Source: Candidatus Latescibacterota bacterium (GTDB lineage: Bacteria > Latescibacterota > UBA2968 > UBA8231). Taken from it: DNA of 64,000 nt. Of the stretch, positions 56,014 through 64,000 are shown one piece after another. Position 1 is the first letter of the stretch, and each line of letters opens with the position of its first letter. The DNA is taken from positions 5,760,001-5,824,000 of the forward strand of contig OZ244561.1 in the NCBI GenBank assembly GCA_965217585.1, in the 5' to 3' direction. Under the pieces are notes generated by a model that made no database searches, had not been told where the DNA came from, and was given only the letters and a program-made list of their open reading frames with translations. Position numbers and translations under genes: made by a program.

Positions 56014-57864
56014 ATGTACAATCCCGCCGTGCGAAAGCAAATGTTGCCCTTGCTTCCCATCACCTTGTTGGGAGTGGCCGTCGATCTATGGCTGCGGCCA
56101 ACGCTCGACTTGCGCTTGACGCAGTGGGCGTGGTGGGGGCTGTCGGTGGCGTTCTCGCTGGTGCTGTGGCAGGGCCTTTTCGCGCTCAGCAGCCGGTTGC
56201 GCCCGCGCTGGCAAGCTGCGTTCGTCATCGTCGTCGGCTTGGTAGCCTCCGTGCTGGCCCTGGTATGGATTGGCTTCCACGAGATATTCTACTGCTGGCC
56301 GACGGCCTACGCGCTCGTGCATTCGGCTGGCCATCCACGCGAGGCTTGGGGGTATATCTACAATGAGGCCGATTGGGGAGACGCGGTCGTCTGGGTGGCC
56401 TTTGTGGCCGTTATCGTGGGCTGGTGGCGCTACAAGCTGCGCTCGGGCCGCCAGCCAGCGCATGGCAGAGTTTTGGCGGCGCTGTGCTTGGCTGGGGTGG
56501 TGGCTTTTGGCGCGGTGCATCGCCACGCGAGCATCATGGTGCCGGATGCGGCGGCTGCAAAGCTGGTTGTTGACCTTGCCGTCCATTCGTTCATCGGCGG
56601 GGTACACGGGCGTTTGTTGCAAGCGAGCCGCCCGGCGTCGGCTGCCATTTACAGCGGCACGCCTGTGGATGCGAGCGCGCCCAACCTCATCGTGGTGATC
56701 GGGGAAAGCGTCGCGCTCAGCCGCACCGGCCTCTACGGGTACGAGCGGCAAACCACGCCCCGGCTGGCGGCGTTGCGAGAGGTGCGACCAGCGGATTGGG
56801 TACAGATGGAGAAAGCCGTGTCCAATGCCACGGCGACCAAGGTGGCGCTGCCGGCCATGCTGACCGGGCTTTTCCCGTCGCGCCCGCCCGTGGAGCAGCA
56901 CACCTCCCCGCTGCTGTGGCACTACGCCCACGCCGCTGGTTACCAGACGGCGCTGATCTCGGCGCAGAGCTATGCTTGGAACAATCTCGAAGGCTTTTTT
57001 GTCGATGACGCGTTGGACCACGTGTTTACGCTCGAGCGCTCGGACGCCGAGATCGTCAACTCCGAAGGCATGGACGACCACCGGATGATGGCGGAGACCC
57101 TTGCAACCATCGACCGCTTTGCCGCACGCGGCCCGTTTGTGGTGGCTCTGCAATTCAACTGCACGCATTATCCGGGCTACGCGCCGCCGGATTGGCAGCC
57201 GTGGCCGGACGCGAGCTACGATAATGCGGTGGCCTATATGGACCACCTGCTCGGACGGCTGTTCGACCACCTCGCCGCACAGGGCCTAGCGGAGAATACG
57301 ATTGTGCTCTTTGCGGCCGACCACGGCGAAGACCTCGACGGCGTCCACAAACTCCACCGCACGGATTCGTATTACCAGACTGCAATTGCCGTCCCATTTT
57401 TTGCCGTTGTGCCCGAACGGCACCGGCAGCGGCTGGGCGCGGGTTGGAGGCAATGGCGCGAGAATGCGCAGGTGCGCGTCGCGCTGACGGACTTGGTGCC
57501 GACCGCGTTGGACCTGCTCGGGCTGTCTGCCGATTCCTTGGTCGGCGCGTGGCAGGAGCGACTGGACGGCCGCTCGCTCCTGCGTCCGCTAGATCCTGAG
57601 CGCCTGCTCGTGGTGGTCAACACGGACGAGCACGTGCAGTGGTCGCGCAAAGGCTACGCGGTCGTGGCCGACGATTGGAAGTACATCAACTATAGCTGGC
57701 GCGGCTCCATGCTGTTCGACTTGGCGACCGACGCGCTGGAACAGCGCGATTTGCTAGCAGGGGGTGAATCCGCACTGAGCCGAGCTGGGCAGCGGCATTT
57801 GCGCCGCGTGCGCTCCTTGGTCGCCAAGACGCCCGTGCTGGCCGATATCCACGTGGAGTATTGA
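56014..57864 (+). CDS. membrane-anchored sulfatase-fold / phosphoethanolamine-transferase-like enzyme
   Basis: About five N-terminal TM helices. Motifs VIGES, LYGY.R.TTP.L, catalytic-Thr region ATATKVA, YDNAV.Y.D and ADHGE. Confidence 0.8.
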   Translation: MYNPAVRKQMLPLLPITLLGVAVDLWLRPTLDLRLTQWAWWGLSVAFSLVLWQGLFALSSRLRPRWQAAFVIVVGLVASVLALVWIGFHEIFYCWPTAYALVHSAGHPREAWGYIYNEADWGDAVVWVAFVAVIVGWWRYKLRSGRQPAHGRVLAALCLAGVVAFGAVHRHASIMVPDAAAAKLVVDLAVHSFIGGVHGRLLQASRPASAAIYSGTPVDASAPNLIVVIGESVALSRTGLYGYERQTTPRLAALREVRPADWVQMEKAVSNATATKVALPAMLTGLFPSRPPVEQHTSPLLWHYAHAAGYQTALISAQSYAWNNLEGFFVDDALDHVFTLERSDAEIVNSEGMDDHRMMAETLATIDRFAARGPFVVALQFNCTHYPGYAPPDWQPWPDASYDNAVAYMDHLLGRLFDHLAAQGLAENTIVLFAADHGEDLDGVHKLHRTDSYYQTAIAVPFFAVVPERHRQRLGAGWRQWRENAQVRVALTDLVPTALDLLGLSADSLVGAWQERLDGRSLLRPLDPERLLVVVNTDEHVQWSRKGYAVVADDWKYINYSWRGSMLFDLATDALEQRDLLAGGESALSRAGQRHLRRVRSLVAKTPVLADIHVEY

Positions 57865-57867
57865 AGT

Positions 57868-59994
57868 TTGCAGCGATCCATTCCCTCCACCTTTGCCACC
57901 TCCCCTAAATCTCGCCTGGGGGCCGTGATCGGCGTGACTTGGCGCGGCTTTTGGACGGGTATCTTTCTCAGCTTCTTCCTCGCCATTGGTGCGCCATACG
58001 CCAACATGGCCATGCACTCGACCTTTATGGCGTGGGATTTTAATACTCCAGGCGCGATCTTTCTGTTCCTCGTGCTCATCGGCCTGCTCAACGTCCTTTT
58101 CAAGGTGGTAGCGCGGAACGGGGTCTGGGCGCTGGGCGCGGCCGTGGTAGCGCTGGGCCTCTATCTGGCGTATTACCTGCCCCAGCCGCAGATCGACCTG
58201 TTCAAGCCGGGCCTGTGGTTTGCCTCCTTTTTGGTGGCCTCGGTGCTGCTCAACGCGGTCTTGGTCTGGCACGGCGGATCGCTGGCCCTCGACCGCGCCG
58301 ACTTGGTCTTGGTGTACATCATGCTCTTGATGGTCTCGGCCCTGTGCACGATGGGCATGAGCCAGCAGTTGCTGCCCATTCTCGCGTCCTTTGCGTATTA
58401 CGGCACGCCGCAAAACCAGTGGCAGGAAAAGCTCGGCCCGCTCTTGCCCGAGCACGCGATTTTGGTTGACGACGGCGAGGACAACCGCGCTTTCTTCGAG
58501 GGTGGGGAAATCCCTTATGGGGCTTGGGTCGAGCCGCTGTTGTGGTGGGCAGTATTTCTCATCGCGCTCTACGCGACGATGGTCGCCGCGGCCGTGATTT
58601 TGCGGCGGCAGTGGATGGACCGCGAGCGGCTGGCGTACCCGGTGGCGCAGGTGGGGGCAGCCATGGTGCAGGGCGAGGGCCGGGGTCTGGTCAATCGCTT
58701 TTTTAAGAGCCGGGCCATGTGGTATGGCTGCGCCATCCCAGTGCTGTGGGGGTCGCTTGAGGCCCTGCACCAGTACGAGCCGTCGATGCCCAATGTAAAC
58801 TTGCAATGGAGCATGCCCTACTTCGGCCAGCGCTTGCAACTGCGGATCATCTTCGCGATGGTGGGCTTTTCCTATTTGATCAACACGAGTATCTCGGCCG
58901 GTCTGTGGATCTTCCAGCTCTTGGTCCGGGCCGAGTCCGAGGGCCTGCTGCTGCTGGGCCTGACGTCCAAGCAGAAGTTCATCTATGGCATTGCCTCCCA
59001 GCCCTATCTGGCCTATCAGGGCGGCGGCGCGTTGCTGGCGCTGGTGTTGGCTGGCCTATGGATGGGCCGCGAGCACCTGAAGCGGGTGTTTCGCAAGGCG
59101 TTGTGGGGCGCGCGCGACATAGACGACGGCGACGAGATCGTCTCGTATCGCGGTGCGGTCTGCGCCTTGCTGGCTGGTGTGGCGACGATGGTGGGGTGGT
59201 TGTGGCTGATGGGGGTGCAATTATGGGTGGCGGCGGTGTTTATAGGATTGGCGCTGTTGATCTTTATCGGGATTAGTCGGATCGTGGCCGAGGCTGGGTT
59301 GGCGGCCGTGCGCTCGCCGATGATCGCGCCGGACCTGATGATACACGGCTTAGGCGTCAACGCGATTGGCACCAGCGGGGTGTTCAATTTGTCGCTGGCC
59401 TATATCTGGTGTGCTGACATCCGCATCTTTGTGATGGCGCTGTTGGCCAACGGGCTGAAGCTGGTCGAGGACATGACGCGCTCGAGCCGGCGGGTGGTGA
59501 TGTGGGGGGTGTGCTTGGCGATCTTGATTGGCGCGGCTGGCTCGTGCTGGATGGTGCTGCACATGGCGCACCGGCACGGGGGAATCAATTTGGTGGGGTG
59601 GTTTTTTAAGGGTGGGCCGTCCACCGTGTACAACTTTGCAGTGCGCGGGCTGGAGCCGGCGGGCGTGGCTTGGGACGGACTCGCTTTTTGCGCTGGCGGC
59701 GGCGTGGTCATGCTCTTGCTGATGTGGGCGCGGCATCACGTGCTTTGGTGGCCCTTGCATCCGCTGGGCTTTGCCGTGGCAGCCAATCACCTGATGGACA
59801 AGATATGGTTCAGCATCTTCATTGCTTGGGCGATCAAGCGGATCGTGCTGCGCTTTGGCGGACCGGCGATTTACGCGGCGAGTGTGCGCTTTTTCTTGGG
59901 ACTGATTATGGGTGAGAGCCTGTGCAACGGCCTGTGGATTGTCATCGACTACTTTACCGGCAAGACCGGCAATAGGGTCTTTATCATTGGTTGA
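57868..59994 (+). CDS. large polytopic membrane protein (DUF6785/DUF6784-like)
   Basis: Many TM helices. Motifs W..PL..W, LRRQW...ERL.YP, WWP.HP.G and PFF/RFF.GLI.G. Confidence 0.75.
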   Translation: MQRSIPSTFATSPKSRLGAVIGVTWRGFWTGIFLSFFLAIGAPYANMAMHSTFMAWDFNTPGAIFLFLVLIGLLNVLFKVVARNGVWALGAAVVALGLYLAYYLPQPQIDLFKPGLWFASFLVASVLLNAVLVWHGGSLALDRADLVLVYIMLLMVSALCTMGMSQQLLPILASFAYYGTPQNQWQEKLGPLLPEHAILVDDGEDNRAFFEGGEIPYGAWVEPLLWWAVFLIALYATMVAAAVILRRQWMDRERLAYPVAQVGAAMVQGEGRGLVNRFFKSRAMWYGCAIPVLWGSLEALHQYEPSMPNVNLQWSMPYFGQRLQLRIIFAMVGFSYLINTSISAGLWIFQLLVRAESEGLLLLGLTSKQKFIYGIASQPYLAYQGGGALLALVLAGLWMGREHLKRVFRKALWGARDIDDGDEIVSYRGAVCALLAGVATMVGWLWLMGVQLWVAAVFIGLALLIFIGISRIVAEAGLAAVRSPMIAPDLMIHGLGVNAIGTSGVFNLSLAYIWCADIRIFVMALLANGLKLVEDMTRSSRRVVMWGVCLAILIGAAGSCWMVLHMAHRHGGINLVGWFFKGGPSTVYNFAVRGLEPAGVAWDGLAFCAGGGVVMLLLMWARHHVLWWPLHPLGFAVAANHLMDKIWFSIFIAWAIKRIVLRFGGPAIYAASVRFFLGLIMGESLCNGLWIVIDYFTGKTGNRVFIIG

Positions 59995-59996
59995 AA

Positions 59997-60082
59997 TCAG
60001 CTCGGAGAGCCACTCAAGCGGAGCAGCAAAATTATGAAGAAGGAATATGACTTCAGTAAGGGGAAACGGGGGCCGGTCGTAG
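59997..60082 (+). pseudogene. BrnT/BrnA-type TA junction remnant
   Basis: SARRATQAEQQNYEEGI* (59997-60050, BrnT-like C-terminus) overlaps MKKEYDFSKGKRGPV (from 60034, BrnA-like N-terminus). Confidence 0.65.
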
Positions 60083-60099
60083 CCCAGAGGAGAGATACT

Positions 60100-60825
60100 G
60101 TGATTGACCAAGCGCTTATTTTGGCCGCCGGGCACGGTTCGCGTTTGCGCGACCACGTTCCGGTAACGCACAAGGCCCTAGTGCAAATGGAAGGTGAGCC
60201 GCTATTGGTGCGCACCTGCCGGATGCTGGAGCAAAGCGGCCTGCGGGAGATCGTCGTGGTCACTGGGCATTGTGGAGCGGATGTGTGTGCAGCTCTGAAC
60301 GGAGTGAGTGGTCTGGGGGTCGGGCTGCGATTTGTCGAGAATCCGCAATGGAAGCTATCCAATGGGATTTCGGTGTTGGCGGCGACCGAGGTGCTCGCCG
60401 AGGAGTACCTATTGATGATGGCCGATCATCTCTTCGACCCGGAGATGATCACCGCGATGCGCGGCGTCAGCCTGAGTCCCGGCGAGGTGGTGTTGGCGGT
60501 GGATCGCAAACTGGACTCGATTTACGACATGGACGACGCGACTAAGGTGCGGCTAGAAGGCGAGCGTATCGCGGCGATTGGCAAGGAGCTAACGGATTTC
60601 AACGCTGTCGATACCGGCCTGTTCGCTTGCAGCGACGCGGTGGTGGCGCGTCTGGGCGAGGTGGAAGCACGCCGGGGCGATTGCAGCTTGACCGATGGGA
60701 TGCGAATGCTGATCGAGCGGGGCCGGTTGCGCGCTTTGGATATTGGCGCGGCTTGGTGGCAGGATGTGGATACGCCTGGGGCGTTGGCGCACGGGATACA
60801 GCTACTGCGGGAGCACGGGCGTTAG
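60100..60825 (+). CDS. NTP transferase (LicC/IPCT-like phosphocholine or inositol-phosphate cytidylyltransferase)
   Basis: SD GAGGAG before GTG 60100. Motifs ALILAAG.GSRL, K, NG.S, MADH, DATKV, D.GLF and W.DVDTP. Confidence 0.85.
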   Translation: MIDQALILAAGHGSRLRDHVPVTHKALVQMEGEPLLVRTCRMLEQSGLREIVVVTGHCGADVCAALNGVSGLGVGLRFVENPQWKLSNGISVLAATEVLAEEYLLMMADHLFDPEMITAMRGVSLSPGEVVLAVDRKLDSIYDMDDATKVRLEGERIAAIGKELTDFNAVDTGLFACSDAVVARLGEVEARRGDCSLTDGMRMLIERGRLRALDIGAAWWQDVDTPGALAHGIQLLREHGR

Positions 60826-61049
60826 GGCAGCTCTTCCTTGCTTTGTTTGCGTTTGTTTTTGCGGCGGTATAGCACGTAAAAGGGGTACGAGGCGACGAGG
60901 GCGGCGGCGATGACGACGGCGGCGACCCAGCCGAACATGCTGCCGATTGCGCCGATGATGATGATGGGGCCGATGTAGGCGTGGGCGGCGCTGCTGCACA
61001 GGAGCAGGAGGGCGCAAACGAGGCTAATTTTTGAGAAATGACAGGGCAT
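60822..61049 (-). CDS. small membrane protein (signal peptide AHA-YIGP, one TM helix, basic tail)
   Basis: Fills the gap and overlaps the ends of both neighbours. C-rich codon usage like the upstream gene. Confidence 0.55.
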   Translation of the reverse strand: MPCHFSKISLVCALLLLCSSAAHAYIGPIIIIGAIGSMFGWVAAVVIAAALVASYPFYVLYRRKNKRKQSKEELP

Positions 61050-62343
61050 CTTGGGGTATCCTTTGGGCTTGGGTCATCATGCCGCGCAGGGGCTTGCCCT
61101 GGTATTCGGCGCGATCTGGGTTGTAGTATTCCCACGCGATTTCGCCGGCTGGCGTGACTTCGAGCAAGCGCCCGCGTTGCGATTCCGTGATGAGGGTGTT
61201 GCCGTTGGGCAGCCGCTGTTGGGCGCCGCGGATCCAACTGTCGAATAGGTGGTCGGGGCTGGTGCCCTTGTACTCCCAGTAAATTTCGTGCGTAAATAGA
61301 TCGATTTCCAGTATGCGGCTTTGGCCGAAGGGGCTGCCGCGCAGGCCCTGGTTGTCGAAGAGCAGTACGCGGCCGTTGGGCAGTAGGTCTGGGTCGTGCT
61401 GCTGTTTCCAGATTCCTTCCCCATACCAGATTACTTGTTGCTCGATGGGATCGACGATGATGAGGGCGTTGGGGTTGCGCAGGGAGATGAGCAGGTCGCC
61501 GGCTTTGGCGCGCGGGATGTGGGCGGCCCAATCCGGCGGGATGAGGCGAATGGCGTTGGTGTGGGTGACTTCGCTGTGGCGGGTGGTCTGCCAGCGGTCG
61601 AACACGCTGCGATACGGCGAGTTTTTCAGAGCGCGGAAGATGGAAAAGCGCCGTTTCTCTTGGCCGGTTGCTTCGTCGATGACCACGGCGAAATCTTCGA
61701 TGTACGGGGGTTGGATGTTGCCGATGGGCGTGGTGCCGATTTCTTGGACGAGGGTGTAGATGTTGCCTTGGTCGTCGAAGTCGAAGTCGTGGTGGGCGGT
61801 GCCGGTGTATTTCCAGATGACTTGGGAGTTTTTGTCCAGTTTGACGAGGCCGTAGCCGTAGGGGTAGTGGTTGACGTAGTCGTGGTTGGCGAGGAGGTCG
61901 CCATTGGGGTACAGGTGGGTGCGGTGCCAGTGCAGCATGTCGGGTTGCTGCGGGAAGGCGGCGAAGTCGTCTTCGTCAAAGGCTTCAGCAAAGTCGCATT
62001 GCCACTGGTGGACGATGTTGCCGAGCGAGTCCATGAGCACGGCGGCGGTGGCGTTTTTGGATACGAGCGTCAGGCCGGGCTGCATGGCGGCGGCGTTGTG
62101 GATGATGGCCCCGGATGGCGTGCTGGCGTCTTCAAACCACATGGTGCTGGTGAATTGGTTTTTGGTGTCGGTGAGGCTTTCGTAGAGATAGGCGAAGTGG
62201 CCGTAGGCGTTGACGGCGTGGATGCGGATGTCGGGAGCGGGGGAGAGGTGAAATATTGCCGAGACTATGCCGTAGATGAAGGCGAGGAATAGGAGGCAGC
62301 AGATTAGGGTGGCGATGTAGGCTTTGTGGAGGAAGGACGGCAT
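61024..62343 (-). CDS. arylsulfotransferase (ASST) family protein
   Basis: Motifs AHHD, THTN, QQHDP....G..L.FDN and G.QQRLPNGNTLITES..G...EV. Confidence 0.85.
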   Translation of the reverse strand: MPSFLHKAYIATLICCLLFLAFIYGIVSAIFHLSPAPDIRIHAVNAYGHFAYLYESLTDTKNQFTSTMWFEDASTPSGAIIHNAAAMQPGLTLVSKNATAAVLMDSLGNIVHQWQCDFAEAFDEDDFAAFPQQPDMLHWHRTHLYPNGDLLANHDYVNHYPYGYGLVKLDKNSQVIWKYTGTAHHDFDFDDQGNIYTLVQEIGTTPIGNIQPPYIEDFAVVIDEATGQEKRRFSIFRALKNSPYRSVFDRWQTTRHSEVTHTNAIRLIPPDWAAHIPRAKAGDLLISLRNPNALIIVDPIEQQVIWYGEGIWKQQHDPDLLPNGRVLLFDNQGLRGSPFGQSRILEIDLFTHEIYWEYKGTSPDHLFDSWIRGAQQRLPNGNTLITESQRGRLLEVTPAGEIAWEYYNPDRAEYQGKPLRGMMTQAQRIPQDALSFLKN

Positions 62344-62349
62344 CGGGGG

Positions 62350-63303
62350 CTAGCTCCGGTTGGTGCTGACGAGGACGGTGGAGGGATCTACGCCGAATTG
62401 CTCAAGGAGGTAACAGCAGTAATTCTGAATATTCCGGACATTATTGAGATTCAACCATAGCTTCCCGATTTCTTTTTTTCTTTGAAACTCCTCGCCAGTT
62501 GAGTGAAACGGTTTAGTGTGCAAAAGGTAATATTTTGGATTATTCTTCCTACGGACTGGACAATCCTTCGCTGAAATTTTGCCGGTTTCAATCAAGTGCT
62601 CTGCAACGCTGACCCACACCTGGGTCCATTTCTTGATCGATTTTGTACTCGAGTCTGGAAGCTTGATATGTGTCGGAGGTTGCTGGCCTGTTGCTCTTTT
62701 TAAGGACGTAAGCGGCATCCAATCGTCTCGATCCTGTCCTCCATTAGACGGCTCAACGGCCTCCTGTCGACTGCTCGGTGCTGTTGACGATGGATCAGGC
62801 GTCGGCGACACCTCCTGCACCTCCAGCGCACTACGCAATAGCTGTATTACCTTTGCCGCGCATTCGTACTCTTGCGTGTTAGAGAGCTGGAACGACTCTT
62901 CTCGATCCTCCTCCATTGACCATATCTGCCAGTGATCGCCGTTAGTCCACACGACGTATTTCAAACTGGTGAGTGCCTTATCACGCGCGTACTTTATCAC
63001 CTGCTCCACTTTGATACGGGCTAGTGGTATCTCCAATTTCTTTGCTTCAATGAGTGCGACCACGTTGCCATGCGAGAATAGCGCGTAATCGGGTTTGCCC
63101 GAGGTGCCTTTGTATTCAAGGTGAACTTGAGCGGGATTCCGAACGTCCCAACCCAATGCCTCAAGCATCGGGTCAATCAGCAATTGGCGCGTACGCGTCT
63201 CAATCGGCTTCAAGTAATCCTCATGCTCGTTTCGCGTCTTCTTAAGGGCCTTAATCGCTTCTGCGATGTGGTCTTGGGCTTGTCTAAGTGCGTTTATGTT
63301 CAT
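62350..63303 (-). CDS. solitary HsdR_N-type restriction endonuclease-like protein with a separate C-terminal domain
   Basis: Motifs E..TR..LI.P.L.ALGW, PDYAL, IEAK, Q...YA and TNG..W. Low GC. Confidence 0.75.
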   Translation of the reverse strand: MNINALRQAQDHIAEAIKALKKTRNEHEDYLKPIETRTRQLLIDPMLEALGWDVRNPAQVHLEYKGTSGKPDYALFSHGNVVALIEAKKLEIPLARIKVEQVIKYARDKALTSLKYVVWTNGDHWQIWSMEEDREESFQLSNTQEYECAAKVIQLLRSALEVQEVSPTPDPSSTAPSSRQEAVEPSNGGQDRDDWMPLTSLKRATGQQPPTHIKLPDSSTKSIKKWTQVWVSVAEHLIETGKISAKDCPVRRKNNPKYYLLHTKPFHSTGEEFQRKKEIGKLWLNLNNVRNIQNYCCYLLEQFGVDPSTVLVSTNRS

Positions 63304-63335
63304 ATTTAGCGTCCTTGCTTAATAACGAATAAGCT

Positions 63336-64000
63336 ATGGAAACGGATTTTAATCACACGCGGCTGATGCGTTTTTTCGGCTGGCTGGTGCATGCGCATCC
63401 GAACTTTTGGATTGACGTGGGCAAGCTGGAGACGCAGTTGCTCAAGGGCCGGTTGGCGCGGCGGGCGGTGGATGCGCCCATTTACATCACGGGCTTGGCG
63501 CGCGCCGGCACGACTTTGCTGCTGAATATACTGGCGTCTCACTCGCGCCTCACCTCGTTCAAATACTGCGATTACTACGGCGCGTTCACGCCGTTTTGGG
63601 CCGACCACCTCTTCCGCGCCGTCGGATTGGGCGCGGCGCGCAAACAGGAGCGAGCACATGCTGACGGCATGATGGTCAACGCATACAGTCCAGAGGCCAT
63701 GGAAGAAATCCTGTGGATGCAGTTTTTCGCTTACCTGCACGATCCCGCCGTCAATAACGCGGTCGAACGGCAAACCAGCCACCCGGAATTTGAGGCTGTT
63801 TACTCAGCGACCTTGGCGAAGTTGCTACTGTGCCGCGACGCGGATCGCATTGTCTGCAAAAACAACTACAATATCACGCGGATCGCGTATCTGGCCAAGC
63901 TATACGAGGACGCGCGCTTCGTCATCGCAGTGCGCCATCCGGTCGCGCACATCGCGTCCATGGCGCGCCAGCACCAGCGCAACTTGGCCCATTTCTCATC
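63336..64000 (+). CDS. sulfotransferase family protein (runs off the window end)
   Basis: Translated by hand from ATG 63336: PIYITGLARAGTTLL (5'-PSB motif), ERAH.DG, SPEAMEE, KNN and VRHP. Not in the ORF track because there is no stop. Confidence 0.85.
   Translation, partial: METDFNHTRLMRFFGWLVHAHPNFWIDVGKLETQLLKGRLARRAVDAPIYITGLARAGTTLLLNILASHSRLTSFKYCDYYGAFTPFWADHLFRAVGLGAARKQERAHADGMMVNAYSPEAMEEILWMQFFAYLHDPAVNNAVERQTSHPEFEAVYSATLAKLLLCRDADRIVCKNNYNITRIAYLAKLYEDARFVIAVRHPVAHIASMARQHQRNLAHFS

Noticed and set aside
60034-60099. ATG 60034 as the native start of the nucleotidyltransferase
   Set aside because: These residues look antitoxin-derived. GTG 60100 has its own SD and matches the family N-terminus.
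1-64000. tRNA, rRNA, prophage or oriC
   Set aside because: No cloverleaf or rRNA signatures, phage structural genes, integrase, dnaA or DnaA-box cluster were seen by eye. A covariance-model scan would be needed to exclude small RNAs fully.

Overview
GC-rich bacterial chromosomal segment from a diderm organism (it encodes a TonB-dependent receptor). The gene content resembles marine sponge symbionts of candidate phyla such as Latescibacterota or Poribacteria; this is inferred from five PhyH-like dioxygenases, several Gfo/Idh/MocA and TIM-barrel sugar enzymes, a eukaryote-like LRR lipoprotein, a DUF6785-like membrane protein and many toxin-antitoxin (TA) genes. The backbone holds cysS, sugar/acid catabolic enzymes, and an operon of two PQQ-like beta-propellers, an EhpF-like adenylating enzyme, an aldehyde dehydrogenase and an Fe-alcohol dehydrogenase that is split by a 7.3-kb island. 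Lower-GC accessory patches lie at about 5.1-9.8, 18.0-25.3, 27.8-34.7, 43.2-43.9, 46.0-47.3, 50.1-52.2 and 62.3-63.3 kb. They carry TA modules, candidate defence genes and IS remnants. Main highlights: (1) three PhyH-like Fe/2OG enzymes with a halogenase-type HxG motif and one with HxH; (2) the uncharacterised acid-to-alcohol reductase-like operon; (3) integrase-free single-module cassettes flanked by 49-60 bp direct repeats, one of which duplicates a gene 3' end; (4) repeated retention of antitoxins beside destroyed toxins; (5) a 1284-aa nuclease-STAND NTPase. No tRNA, rRNA or CRISPR array was seen. All family assignments come from recognising motifs by eye, not from database searches.
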